From an uncultured Bacilli bacterium (GTDB taxonomy: Bacteria; Bacillota_I; Bacilli_A; RF39; UBA660): a stretch of DNA of 64,000 bases. How positions within the stretch are numbered: the stretch's first letter is position 1; every line of letters starts with the position of its first letter. The notes beneath the pieces were generated by a model. That model made no database searches. It was given only the letters and a program-made list of their open reading frames with translations, and was not told the DNA's origin. Positions 28,304-38,442 of this stretch are shown piece after piece. The stretch is from NCBI GenBank assembly GCA_934122395.1, contig CAKOWQ010000003.1:186299-250298 (forward strand). Direction: 5' to 3'. A program made the translations under genes and the position numbers.

Positions 28304-28795
28304 ATGACAGATAACAATGGTTCAATTAAAATGGTAGGATATTTAGGTATTTTTATCTTATTATTATTTATTATACTTCCTCCATTATTTAGAGTACTTT
28401 TTCCGGAAGATGAAAATAAAGATGTAGAAAAAGAAAAGTTAGTGATGAATTTAACTTGTACTAAAGATGAAGACTTCGTTGAATATAAACTTAAAACTAT
28501 TATTAGTACTAATTATGTAGATAGTAAAATAAGTGACTCTACTTTTACTTATGAAATTTCAGCAAGTGATTCTTATTTTTCTAGTGGTATTAGTATAGAA
28601 GAATATGAAAGCTTAAAGAAAGTATCTAATGTTGACTTTACTGAAAATAATAATAAATACATATTAAAAATTGATTATGATAAATTTGATTATAGTAATG
28701 AAGAATTATTAAAGAATCATAGTAAAGTTATATCAGAACAAATGGCAATATATAGTGATGATTCTTTTGAATGCACAACTACTAGGAAAAATTAG
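28304..28795 (+). CDS. Hypothetical membrane-anchored/secreted protein
   Basis: N-terminal TM/signal anchor (YLGIFILLLFIILPPLF); no recognisable domain. Confidence 0.4.
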   Translation: MTDNNGSIKMVGYLGIFILLLFIILPPLFRVLFPEDENKDVEKEKLVMNLTCTKDEDFVEYKLKTIISTNYVDSKISDSTFTYEISASDSYFSSGISIEEYESLKKVSNVDFTENNNKYILKIDYDKFDYSNEELLKNHSKVISEQMAIYSDDSFECTTTRKN

Positions 28796-28803
28796 GAGGA
28801 GTT

Positions 28804-30165
28804 ATGAATATTAATAAATATATATTTAGAGGATATGATATAAGAGGAGTATATCCTAAAGATTTAAATAGTGATGTTGCATATATCATTGGTAGAAGTT
28901 TTGGTACATATGTTAATAAGATGGGTAAAAAAACTTGTATAGTAGGAAGAGATAATAGATATTCATCTTTAGAGTTAGCATCATTCTTAATTGAAGGTAT
29001 TTTATCAACTGGTGTTGACGTTATTGATTTAGGACTTGTTACTACACCTATGTATTATTATGCATGTATATTAAAGAATAATCCTACTGGTATCATGGTA
29101 ACAGCTAGTCATAATCCTAAAGATGATAATGGATTTAAATTTGCATTTGATGAACGTGGTAATGCAAGAGGAGAGATGATTGAAGAGTTCCGTGATTTTA
29201 CTTTTAAGGGTGAGTTTATTAATGGTAAAGGAAAATTATCTAAGTATGATGTAAGAGATGAATACATTAAATTAATGATTGATAATATTTCATTAGGAAA
29301 ACGTCCACTTAAAGTAATATTAGATTTAGGAAATGGTACTACTACTTGTATAGCAAAAGATATATATTATAGATTACCAATAGATATTGAAACATTATTT
29401 GGAGAAAGTGATCCTAATTTTCCTAATCATCATCCAGATCCTTGCGTTGAAGAGAATTTGAATTTTTTGAAAAAAGAAGTTTTAGATAAAAAAGCAGACA
29501 TTGGTATTGCATTTGATGGTGATGGTGATCGTGTAGGTATAGTGGATGAAAAAGGAAACTATATTCCTACTGATAAATATATGATTATAATTATTAGAGA
29601 CATAATTGATAAAGTTAAGAAAAAAACATTCTTATATGATGTTAAATGTTCTAAAGCACTTGATGACGAAATAATAAAATTAGGTGGTAAAAGCATTTGT
29701 TATAGAACAGGTAACTCTTATACTAAAGCTAAAGTAAGAGATGAAGACTTGCCTTTTGGTGGAGAATTATCAGGGCATGTTTATTTTAGGGATAGATGGC
29801 CAGGATTTGATTCAGGAATATATGCTGGACTTAGATTAGTAGAAATATTATCTCATACTAATAAGCCACTTAGTGCATTATTAGATGGTATATCACATTA
29901 TGAATCAACACCAGAATTAAAATTTCCATCGCCTGATGATAAAAAATTCATAGTAGTTGATAAAATAATTAATTACTGTAGAAGTAAGGGATATGATACT
30001 TTAACAATAGATGGAGCAAGAGTAACATTTAATGATGGATGGGCTTTAGTAAGAGCAAGTAATACCGGTCCTAATATTACAACAAGATTTGAAGCAACCA
30101 CTAAAGAAAGATTAGAAGAAATACAAAAAGAATTTACTGATTTAATAAATGAATATAATAAATAA
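28804..30165 (+). CDS. Phosphomannomutase/phosphoglucomutase (alpha-D-phosphohexomutase family)
   Basis: FRGYDIRG N-terminal motif, active-site TASHNP, metal-binding DGDGDR and sugar-binding GELSGH. Confidence 0.85.
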   Translation: MNINKYIFRGYDIRGVYPKDLNSDVAYIIGRSFGTYVNKMGKKTCIVGRDNRYSSLELASFLIEGILSTGVDVIDLGLVTTPMYYYACILKNNPTGIMVTASHNPKDDNGFKFAFDERGNARGEMIEEFRDFTFKGEFINGKGKLSKYDVRDEYIKLMIDNISLGKRPLKVILDLGNGTTTCIAKDIYYRLPIDIETLFGESDPNFPNHHPDPCVEENLNFLKKEVLDKKADIGIAFDGDGDRVGIVDEKGNYIPTDKYMIIIIRDIIDKVKKKTFLYDVKCSKALDDEIIKLGGKSICYRTGNSYTKAKVRDEDLPFGGELSGHVYFRDRWPGFDSGIYAGLRLVEILSHTNKPLSALLDGISHYESTPELKFPSPDDKKFIVVDKIINYCRSKGYDTLTIDGARVTFNDGWALVRASNTGPNITTRFEATTKERLEEIQKEFTDLINEYNK

Positions 30166-30186
30166 GGAACTTTGGTTCCTTTTTTT
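30165..30186 (+). terminator. Rho-independent terminator
   Basis: AGGAACTTTGGTTCCTTTTTTT. Confidence 0.7.
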
Positions 30187-30263
30187 GTGAAAAAATAGTG
30201 AAGTTGATTGACTTTATGACAAGGTGTCATATATAATGAAAAAGTACGTTTGGTGGTGATATT

Positions 30264-30869
30264 GTGGCTAAGGATAAATTCTTTGAATTAGATAAAGATA
30301 AACAAGAAAAATTGTTAAAAGCAGCTAAAGTGGAATTTTCAACTAAAAGTTATGAAGAAGCATCTATTAATAAGATAATTAAAAGTATTAATTTAGCGAG
30401 AGGTAGTTTTTACTTGTATTTTGATAATAAAGAGGATTTATATTTATATATACTTAAAAGTTATATAGAGAAATTTAGAGAAAAACTTTTAGTTATTCTA
30501 AATAATAATGACAGAGATATATTTAAAAGTTTAATTATCTTTTACGATGAAATAGTAAAGACTAAAGATAGTGACTATAATTTAGTTCATAATTTATTTA
30601 TTAATATGAATTCTAAACAATTAGATATTGCTTTTCCTAAAGTAATTGAAAGTGAAATTAATGGCTCTATTCTAAATACTATAGACTTTTCAAAGTATGA
30701 TATTTCTTTTGAAGAAAGAAAAATCTTACTTAGTATATTAATGCCTATACTATTTCATTCGATTGCAATATCATTTGATGATTTTCACCAAATTAGTGAT
30801 GTACGTGCACATTATATTGCACAACTTAATATAATTAAAAGAGGCTTAGAAAGGAAGACGTTATGTTAA
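30264..30869 (+). CDS. TetR/AcrR-family transcriptional regulator
   Basis: N-terminal TetR HTH (FSTKSYEEASINKIIKSINLARGSFYLYF); overlaps the ABC transporter gene (operon). Confidence 0.8.
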   Translation: MAKDKFFELDKDKQEKLLKAAKVEFSTKSYEEASINKIIKSINLARGSFYLYFDNKEDLYLYILKSYIEKFREKLLVILNNNDRDIFKSLIIFYDEIVKTKDSDYNLVHNLFINMNSKQLDIAFPKVIESEINGSILNTIDFSKYDISFEERKILLSILMPILFHSIAISFDDFHQISDVRAHYIAQLNIIKRGLERKTLC

Positions 30870-33052
30870 AATTATTTAAATATTTAAAAACATCAATATT
30901 TTCTATACTTATAATTATTGCTTTATTAGTATGTCAGGCTGAGCTTGATTTAGCATTACCAGATTATACTTCTAAAATAATAAACGTTGGTATTCAACAA
31001 AATGGTATAGAAGATGCAGTACCTAGTGTTATGACAGTTGATACATATAATAATTTAATGTTATTAATGAATGATCATGAAAAAGATACTGTTAGTACAC
31101 ATTACAAATTAGTAAATAAAAATGATAAAGATTATGTAGCTAAATATCCAATTTTAAAAAGTGAAGATATTTATGTATATAACGGTAAGGATAGAAAAGA
31201 TGTAAATGATTCATTGGAGCATGCTTTTGCTATATCTTATATTGCTACTATGATTGACAAGAATCCATCTAGTTTTGATATTAATTTACCTAATGGAACA
31301 TCTTTTTCCGATATGCTTAAAATGATGGATGATAATACAAGAAGTGAAATTATTAAGCGTATTGATGAAAAACTAGAAGATATGCCAGGAACCATTTTAA
31401 GTAGCGCAGCAATCGAAAGTATAAAATCAGAATATGAAAAAGTAGGTCTTGATTTAGGAAAAATTCAAACTAATTATATTTTAATTAGTGGTGCTAAAAT
31501 GCTAGGAATAGCATTATTAATAATGGCTATTGCTGTATTAATTATTTTCTTTGGATCACGTCTTGCAGCAAGACTTGCTAAAACATTAAGAGAGAAAGTG
31601 TTTGACCGAGTAATACATTTTTCTAAGAGCGAAATGAAAGAGTTTGGTACTTCATCATTAATTACTAGAACTACTAATGATATTCAACAAATACAGCAAG
31701 TAGTAGTTATGCTTATGAGAGTAGTATTCTATGCACCAATTATTGCTATAGGAGGAATACTTAAAACTACTAGTGCTGAAAACTCAATGCTTTGGATAAT
31801 TATTATTGCTGTAGCTGCACTTTTGATAATAGTTGGTACGTTATTTATTGTAGTAATGCCTAAATTTAAAATATTCCAAAGTTTAGTAGATAAATTAAAT
31901 TTAGTATCACGTGAAATATTAGAAGGAATTCCAGTTATAAGAGCTTTTAGTAATGAACGACATGAAGAAAAAAGATTTGATGATGCGAATAAAAACTTAA
32001 CTAAAGTAGATTTATTTGTTAATAGAACTATGTCTCTTATGATGCCTTTAATGATGCTACTTATGAATGTAGTATGTATTGCTATTGTATGGTTTGGTTC
32101 TAAAGGAATAGATGCTGGTACTATCCAAGTTGGAGATATGATGGCATATATTCAATATACAATGCAAATAATTATGGCTTTCTTAATGATATCTATGATT
32201 TCGATTATGTTACCAAGAGCATCTATTTCAGCTAAGAGAATTATTGAAGTAATTGATACTCCATCTAGTATAAATAATCCTTTAGAAGAAAAGAAATTTG
32301 ATAAGGATAAGACTGGTATTATAGAATTTAAAAATGTATGTTTTAGATATCCTGATGCTAATGAGGATGTAATAACTGATGTCAATTTTACAGCTAAAAA
32401 GGGTGAAGTTATAGCGTTTATTGGTTCTACTGGAAGTGGTAAATCAACTTTAATTAATTTGATTCCTAGATTCTATGATGTTACAGAAGGCTCTATTACA
32501 GTAGATGGTGTTGATATTAGAGATATAAATATTGATACATTAAGAAAAAGAATTGGTTATGTTCCTCAAAAAGGAATACTATTTAGTGGAACAATAGAAA
32601 GTAATATTAAGTATGGTAATGATAAAATTACTGATGATAAAATGATATCTTCGGCTGAAATTGCTCAAGCAACAGAATTTATTGATGCAAAAGAAGATAA
32701 GTATTTATCTCCTATAGCACAAGGTGGTACTAATGTATCTGGTGGTCAACGTCAAAGATTATCTATAGCAAGAGCAATTGCAGTTAATCCGGATATTTAT
32801 ATCTTTGATGATAGTTTCTCAGCACTTGACTTTAAAACTGATGCTAAACTTAGAAAAGAATTAAAGAAAGTTACAAAAGATAGTACTGTATTTATAGTAG
32901 CTCAAAGAATTTCTACTATTATGAATGCTGATAAAATAATTGTGTTAGATGAAGGTAAGGTAGTAGGAATAGGCACTCATAAGGAACTCATAGATACTTG
33001 TGAAGTATATAAAGAAATCGCACTATCACAGTTAAGTAAGGAGGAGATATAA
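30863..33052 (+). CDS. ABC exporter permease/ATPase subunit (heterodimer partner 1) with about 160-aa extracytoplasmic insertion after TM1
   Basis: 6-TM domain plus NBD: Walker A GSTGSGKST, signature VSGGQRQRLSIARA, Walker B IYIFDDSFSALD; long soluble segment between TM1 and TM2. Confidence 0.85.
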   Translation: MLKLFKYLKTSIFSILIIIALLVCQAELDLALPDYTSKIINVGIQQNGIEDAVPSVMTVDTYNNLMLLMNDHEKDTVSTHYKLVNKNDKDYVAKYPILKSEDIYVYNGKDRKDVNDSLEHAFAISYIATMIDKNPSSFDINLPNGTSFSDMLKMMDDNTRSEIIKRIDEKLEDMPGTILSSAAIESIKSEYEKVGLDLGKIQTNYILISGAKMLGIALLIMAIAVLIIFFGSRLAARLAKTLREKVFDRVIHFSKSEMKEFGTSSLITRTTNDIQQIQQVVVMLMRVVFYAPIIAIGGILKTTSAENSMLWIIIIAVAALLIIVGTLFIVVMPKFKIFQSLVDKLNLVSREILEGIPVIRAFSNERHEEKRFDDANKNLTKVDLFVNRTMSLMMPLMMLLMNVVCIAIVWFGSKGIDAGTIQVGDMMAYIQYTMQIIMAFLMISMISIMLPRASISAKRIIEVIDTPSSINNPLEEKKFDKDKTGIIEFKNVCFRYPDANEDVITDVNFTAKKGEVIAFIGSTGSGKSTLINLIPRFYDVTEGSITVDGVDIRDINIDTLRKRIGYVPQKGILFSGTIESNIKYGNDKITDDKMISSAEIAQATEFIDAKEDKYLSPIAQGGTNVSGGQRQRLSIARAIAVNPDIYIFDDSFSALDFKTDAKLRKELKKVTKDSTVFIVAQRISTIMNADKIIVLDEGKVVGIGTHKELIDTCEVYKEIALSQLSKEEI

Positions 33053-34861
33053 ATGGCTAATGGACCAATGCATGGATCTAAAGGTCCTGATAAAGCAAAG
33101 GACTTTAAAGGTACTTTAAAGAAAATATTAAATTATACTAAAAAGTATCGTATTGCTATTATTATAGTAATGATATTTGCTATATTAAGTACAATCTTCT
33201 CTATAATAGGACCTAATATTTTAGGAGATGTTACTACTGAAATATTTAATGGATTAGTAAGAAAAATTACAAGACAAGGCGGAATGGACTTTGACTTTAT
33301 CAAAAAAACTTTATTACTTTTATTAGGCTTATATGCTTTCAGTGCTTTTTGTTCTTTTATCCAAAGTTTTATAATGAATTCAGTAGCATGTAAAATATCT
33401 TATAATTTAAGAGATCAAATAAGTAAGAAATTACATAAATTACCATTATCTTATTTTGAGACTAGAACTCATGGTGAAATATTATCTAGAATTACTAATG
33501 ATGTAGATACTTTTTCTCAGAATTTAAGTCAAACACTAAGTCAATTAGTATCATCATTTGCAACTTTAGTTGGTACTATAATAATGATGATTAGTATTAG
33601 TGGTAAAATGACTATTGCATCTATTATAATTCTTCCTATATCAGTAATGGGAATGGGATTTATTATGAAAAAATCGCAAAAGTACTTTACTAGACAACAA
33701 CATAATTTAGGTAATATGAACGGCCTTGTTGAGGAAGTGTATGGAGGACATGATGTAGTAAGTGTTTTCTGTGCTGAAGATAAAGAATTAGCTCGTTTTA
33801 AAGAGTTAAATGATAAATTATATGATTCAGGTTGGAAAAGTCAATTTGCATCAACATCAATGCATCCATTGATGAACTTTGTAGGTAATATCAATTATGT
33901 TTTAGTATCTATTTATGGTGGTTATTTAACTATAAAGAATCAAATGAAAGTAGGGGGAATATTATCTTTCTCACAATATGTTAGAAACTTAAATAGTTCT
34001 GCTGCTACACTTGCTCAAATATTTTCAATGTTACAACCTACAGTGGCATCAGCTGAACGTATTTTTGAATTTTTAGATGCTAAGGAAGAAGTGTCTGATG
34101 TTAAAAATCCAGTATCAGTTGCCAATATTCGTGGTAATGTTGAGTTTAAAGACGTTAAATTTGGATATGACGAAGATAAAGTTGTAATTCATGACTTTAA
34201 TGCCAAAGTAAAACAAGGTCAAAAAATTGCGATAGTAGGGCCAACCGGGGCTGGGAAAACCACTATGGTGAAATTATTAATGCGTTTTTATGATGTTAAT
34301 AGTGGAAAAATACTAATAGATGGACATAATATTAAGAACTTTAAGCGAAGTGATTTAAGAAGTTTATTTGGTATGGTACTACAAGATACTTGGTTATTTA
34401 ATGGTACTATTGCTGATAATATTAGATATGGTAAGTTAGATGCTGATATAGAAGAAGTTAAGAATGCTGCTAGAAGTGCTAGTGTTCATCACTTTATTAA
34501 AACATTACCAGATAACTATAATATGGTTTTAAATGAAGAAAGTGATAATATATCAGGTGGTCAAAAACAACTACTTACTATTGCTAGAGTTATTTTAGCA
34601 GACCCTAAAATATTAATACTAGATGAAGCAACCAGTAGTGTTGATACTAGAACTGAAATACTTATTCAACAAGCAATGGATAAACTTATGGAAGGTAGAA
34701 CGAGTTTTATTATCGCACATAGATTATCTACTATTAAAAATGCTGATTTAATATTGGTTATGGATAATGGTGATATTGTTGAACAAGGTAGTCATAAAGA
34801 ATTATTAAAGAAAAATGGCTTTTATGCTAAACTATATAATTCACAATTTGATAATGTATAG
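33053..34861 (+). CDS. ABC exporter permease/ATPase subunit (heterodimer partner 2)
   Basis: Walker A GPTGAGKTT, signature ISGGQKQLLTIARV, Walker B ILILDEATSSVD. Confidence 0.85.
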   Translation: MANGPMHGSKGPDKAKDFKGTLKKILNYTKKYRIAIIIVMIFAILSTIFSIIGPNILGDVTTEIFNGLVRKITRQGGMDFDFIKKTLLLLLGLYAFSAFCSFIQSFIMNSVACKISYNLRDQISKKLHKLPLSYFETRTHGEILSRITNDVDTFSQNLSQTLSQLVSSFATLVGTIIMMISISGKMTIASIIILPISVMGMGFIMKKSQKYFTRQQHNLGNMNGLVEEVYGGHDVVSVFCAEDKELARFKELNDKLYDSGWKSQFASTSMHPLMNFVGNINYVLVSIYGGYLTIKNQMKVGGILSFSQYVRNLNSSAATLAQIFSMLQPTVASAERIFEFLDAKEEVSDVKNPVSVANIRGNVEFKDVKFGYDEDKVVIHDFNAKVKQGQKIAIVGPTGAGKTTMVKLLMRFYDVNSGKILIDGHNIKNFKRSDLRSLFGMVLQDTWLFNGTIADNIRYGKLDADIEEVKNAARSASVHHFIKTLPDNYNMVLNEESDNISGGQKQLLTIARVILADPKILILDEATSSVDTRTEILIQQAMDKLMEGRTSFIIAHRLSTIKNADLILVMDNGDIVEQGSHKELLKKNGFYAKLYNSQFDNV

Positions 34862-34887
34862 AATTCTTGAAAAAGAATTCTTTTTTT
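34861..34887 (+). terminator. Rho-independent terminator
   Basis: GAATTCTTGAAAAAGAATTCTTTTTTT. Confidence 0.7.
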
Positions 34888-34991
34888 AGGAATTTAATAT
34901 AGATAAGGATAATAATATAATTAGGAATATGTATATTATTGACAAAATTCTTTTTAACTAGTATAAGTATAAAGAGTGAAGGAGTGGTTTC

Positions 34992-37013
34992 ATGCCTAAG
35001 AATTTAGTAATTGTGGAGTCTCCAAGTAAAAGTAAAACAATTGAAAAATATTTGGGAAAAGATTATAAAGTAGTGTCTAGTAAAGGACATATTAGAGATT
35101 TATCTACTACTGGTAAATTTGGATTAGGAGTAGATGTAGATAATGATTTTAAACCTAATTATATTCCTATTGCAGGAAAGAAAAAGGTTATTAGTGAATT
35201 AAAAAAATATATAAAAGAATCAGATAAAATTTATCTTGCAACTGACCCAGACCGTGAAGGGGAAGCTATATCATGGCATTTAAAAGATGCATTAGGTATT
35301 AAAGATAAAGATTATGAACGTGTATTATTTCATGAAATTACTAAAGATAAGGTTATTGAAGCATTTAAAAGCCCACGTAAAATAGATGATAATTTAGTTC
35401 ATAGTCAAGAAACTAGAAGAATTTTAGATAGAATTATAGGATTTAGATTAAGTAGATTAATGCAATCTAAAACAGGGGGAAAGAGTGCCGGACGTGTACA
35501 AAGTGTAGCGCTTAAACTTGTTGTTGATAGAGAACGTGAAATAGAGAACTTTGTTAAAGAAGAGTACTGGACTATTACTGGTATTTTTGATGAGTTAACA
35601 AGTGAGTTATTTAACTATAATCATAAAGATATTGAAATAAAGAGTGAAGAAGCAGCAGATAAGATATTAAAAGAATTAAGTGATAAATTTACAGTAGAAA
35701 GTATTGAATCTAAAAAGAAAAATAAGAAAGCTAAACCTCCTTTTATTACAAGTACATTACAACAAGAAGCTTCTACTAAATTAGGATTTACTGCTAAAAA
35801 AACTATGTCTATTGCCCAAAAGCTTTATGAAGGAATAGATTTGGAAAATGAAACAGTAGGTTTAATTACTTATATGAGAACTGATTCTATTAGATTAAGT
35901 GATGAATTTATTAAAAGTGGATATGCTTATATAAATAAAGAATATGGTAAGGATTATGTTGGGTATGTTAAAACTACTAAGAAAAAAGAAAATGTTCAAG
36001 ATGCTCATGAAGCTATAAGACCTACTAGTGTTAATAGAGATCCGTTAAGTGTTAAAAAGTATTTAACAAATGATGAATATAAACTTTATTCAATTATTTA
36101 TTATAGAGCACTAGCAAGTATTATGGCTGATGCTAAGGTTGATGCTACTACTATTATTTTTGATAATAATAATTATCAATTTAAAACAACGGGGCAAGTA
36201 CTTATCTATGATGGGTATTTAAAAGTATATAAGGATTATGAGAAAAGTGAAGATAGAGTTCTACCATCTATAAAAGAGGGTGAAGTTTTAACATCAAAAG
36301 AGATAAAGAAGGAACAACACTTTACTCAACCGCCTGCAAGATATACTGAAGCTAAATTAATTAAAGAGATGGAAGATTTAGGAATAGGTAGACCATCTAC
36401 TTATGCTAAGACAATTGATACTATAAAAGAACGTGACTATGTAACACTTGAAGATAAGAAGTTTAAACCAACAGAAATAGGAATTGAAACTACTGATAAG
36501 TTACAAGAGTTCTTTTCTGACTTGATAAATGTTGAATATACGGCTGCAATGGAAGAGGATTTAGATAAAGTTGCAGAAGGTAATAAGGATTCTATAAAAA
36601 TATTGAGGGATTTCTATAATCAATTTGAACCAGAAGTAGAAGCAGCATTTAAAAATATGGAAAAGAAAAAAGCAGAAGAGACTGGAGAAGTTTGTCCAGA
36701 ATGTGGAAGTCCTTTAGTGATTAGAAAGGGTAGATATGGAGAGTTTGTTGCATGTTCTAACTATCCGGTTTGTAAATATATAAAAAAAGAAGAAAAAGAG
36801 ATAAAGGTAGTTTGCAAGTGTCCTAAGTGTGGAAACGATATGGTAGAAAAGAAAACTAGAAAAGGTAAGATTTTCTATGGATGCTCTAATTATCCAAAAT
36901 GTAGGGTGGCAGTTTGGGATCTTCCAACTGGAGAAACATGTCCAGAATGTGGTGAACTTCTAGTAGAAAAGAATAAGAAAATTAAATGTAGCAGTTGTAA
37001 TTATGAAAAGTAA
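34992..37013 (+). CDS. topA: DNA topoisomerase I
   Basis: TOPRIM start (LVIVESPSKSKTIEKYLG); active-site region; three C-terminal C4 zinc ribbons (CPECG...C..C motifs). Confidence 0.9.
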   Translation: MPKNLVIVESPSKSKTIEKYLGKDYKVVSSKGHIRDLSTTGKFGLGVDVDNDFKPNYIPIAGKKKVISELKKYIKESDKIYLATDPDREGEAISWHLKDALGIKDKDYERVLFHEITKDKVIEAFKSPRKIDDNLVHSQETRRILDRIIGFRLSRLMQSKTGGKSAGRVQSVALKLVVDREREIENFVKEEYWTITGIFDELTSELFNYNHKDIEIKSEEAADKILKELSDKFTVESIESKKKNKKAKPPFITSTLQQEASTKLGFTAKKTMSIAQKLYEGIDLENETVGLITYMRTDSIRLSDEFIKSGYAYINKEYGKDYVGYVKTTKKKENVQDAHEAIRPTSVNRDPLSVKKYLTNDEYKLYSIIYYRALASIMADAKVDATTIIFDNNNYQFKTTGQVLIYDGYLKVYKDYEKSEDRVLPSIKEGEVLTSKEIKKEQHFTQPPARYTEAKLIKEMEDLGIGRPSTYAKTIDTIKERDYVTLEDKKFKPTEIGIETTDKLQEFFSDLINVEYTAAMEEDLDKVAEGNKDSIKILRDFYNQFEPEVEAAFKNMEKKKAEETGEVCPECGSPLVIRKGRYGEFVACSNYPVCKYIKKEEKEIKVVCKCPKCGNDMVEKKTRKGKIFYGCSNYPKCRVAVWDLPTGETCPECGELLVEKNKKIKCSSCNYEK

Positions 37014-37035
37014 TTAAGCACTAACAATTTTGTTA
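37008..37035 (+). terminator. Rho-independent terminator after topA
   Basis: CACTAACAATTTTGTTAGTG plus TTTTTT. Confidence 0.65.
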
Positions 37036-37119
37036 GTGTTTTTTATTTATTTTTGGTTGCTTAATATTAAAAAATAAACTATAATTATCTTAGAATAGAA
37101 GATAGTTGGTGATTAGGTA

Positions 37120-38400
37120 ATGAATAAGAAGATACTATTGATGTTTACTTTTTTATTTTCATTTTTCATGTTTAAAGATAATGTTTTCGCTGGTACCGTT
37201 CTAAAAGAGACTGATTATACTTTAGAATGTTTATATAGTGATGGAGGCCTTTATACCAATGAGTGGTCTAATGGAAGGGGAGCATATATAGTAAATCGTA
37301 CATCATATAATTTAACTGATGCTTCACAATCAGATACTAATAAAGGTGGAGATATGGTTTTTGTAAATACACCCGCTATTAGAGGTAGGACTAATCAACA
37401 ATACACAACATGTGCTTTAAAACTGTATTCTGCTGTGGTTCAAGGAAGTAATGATGCAGCAATGTCATATTTTAAATTCAATACCTCTTTTACTTGCAAT
37501 ACTTCTGATAATTCATGTCCTGAATTTGGCGTTGAAAAAAGTGGATGGTCAAAATTTTGGGGAACTGCTGGAGCTTTAAAAGAATATGCATCAGCTGCAG
37601 AAGCTGCTAATAATTCTCCTTATAATTTGATTTCTGAACGTTATTTATTTAGCAATAATATTCCGGAACCCAACAAGACTTTATATTATGTATTACCGGC
37701 TACTCAAAAAATAGGAACTAATATGTATGTAAAAATATATATTTACGACAATATCACTTTGTTAGATAAAGATGGGCGCATTACTAGATTAGATGGTGAT
37801 ACTAGTCTATTTTCTCAAACAACTTTGCCAGAAAAAATATATTTAAATTCCCCAGAGCCTATTCCAGTTACAGGAACTAATTCTGTTGTTTCTTATAAAT
37901 ATAATGCAGATCAAATAATTTATTCTTTTACAACTGCTTCAGATCCTACTCACACTATAGGATTTACAAATTCAACTGATAATCCACCTGATGATAGTGA
38001 TACAAGTAGTAGTTTATGTACTGAAAAATTAAAAAACACATCTCCTGTGTTGAAAAGTATCATTCAATTTGGTCAAATTTTACTTCCTGCGCTTGTTATT
38101 ATTTTAACAGGATTGGATATTGGAAAAATAGTTGTAACAGGTAATATCGAAGAAGAGTTACCTAAACGTAAGAAAACAATAATTAATAGAGCTATAGTAT
38201 TGTTAATTTTATTATTCTTACCTTTACTTGTTAAAGTTATGTTGAAGATAGTTAAGGATACTGGTAGTGATATTGCAAATAACATTGAATATATTGATTG
38301 TTTATTTGATTCTAGTGCTAAAGCAGGAACAGCTAAAAAAGGTTCAACAACAAAAAAATCAAATAATTCAAAAAATGAAAATGTTGCCGTAGAAAAGTAA
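37120..38400 (+). CDS. Secreted Cys-containing protein with two C-terminal TM helices and Lys/Ser-rich tail
   Basis: Signal peptide MNKKILLMFTFLFSFFMFKDNVFA; about 300-aa extracellular region with 8 Cys; C-terminal hydrophobic helices (ILLPALVIILTGL, AIVLLILLFLPLLV). Confidence 0.55.
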   Translation: MNKKILLMFTFLFSFFMFKDNVFAGTVLKETDYTLECLYSDGGLYTNEWSNGRGAYIVNRTSYNLTDASQSDTNKGGDMVFVNTPAIRGRTNQQYTTCALKLYSAVVQGSNDAAMSYFKFNTSFTCNTSDNSCPEFGVEKSGWSKFWGTAGALKEYASAAEAANNSPYNLISERYLFSNNIPEPNKTLYYVLPATQKIGTNMYVKIYIYDNITLLDKDGRITRLDGDTSLFSQTTLPEKIYLNSPEPIPVTGTNSVVSYKYNADQIIYSFTTASDPTHTIGFTNSTDNPPDDSDTSSSLCTEKLKNTSPVLKSIIQFGQILLPALVIILTGLDIGKIVVTGNIEEELPKRKKTIINRAIVLLILLFLPLLVKVMLKIVKDTGSDIANNIEYIDCLFDSSAKAGTAKKGSTTKKSNNSKNENVAVEK

Positions 38401-38442
38401 TACGGCAAAGAAAAGTAAGAAATTTAATATTGAGGTGATAGC

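Noticed and set aside
29973-30230. Antisense 85-aa ORF at the PMM/PGM 3' end
   Set aside because: Mostly overlaps PMM/PGM and its terminator; no RBS; likely spurious.
32152-32385. Antisense ORF in the ABC transporter
   Set aside because: Embedded artefact.
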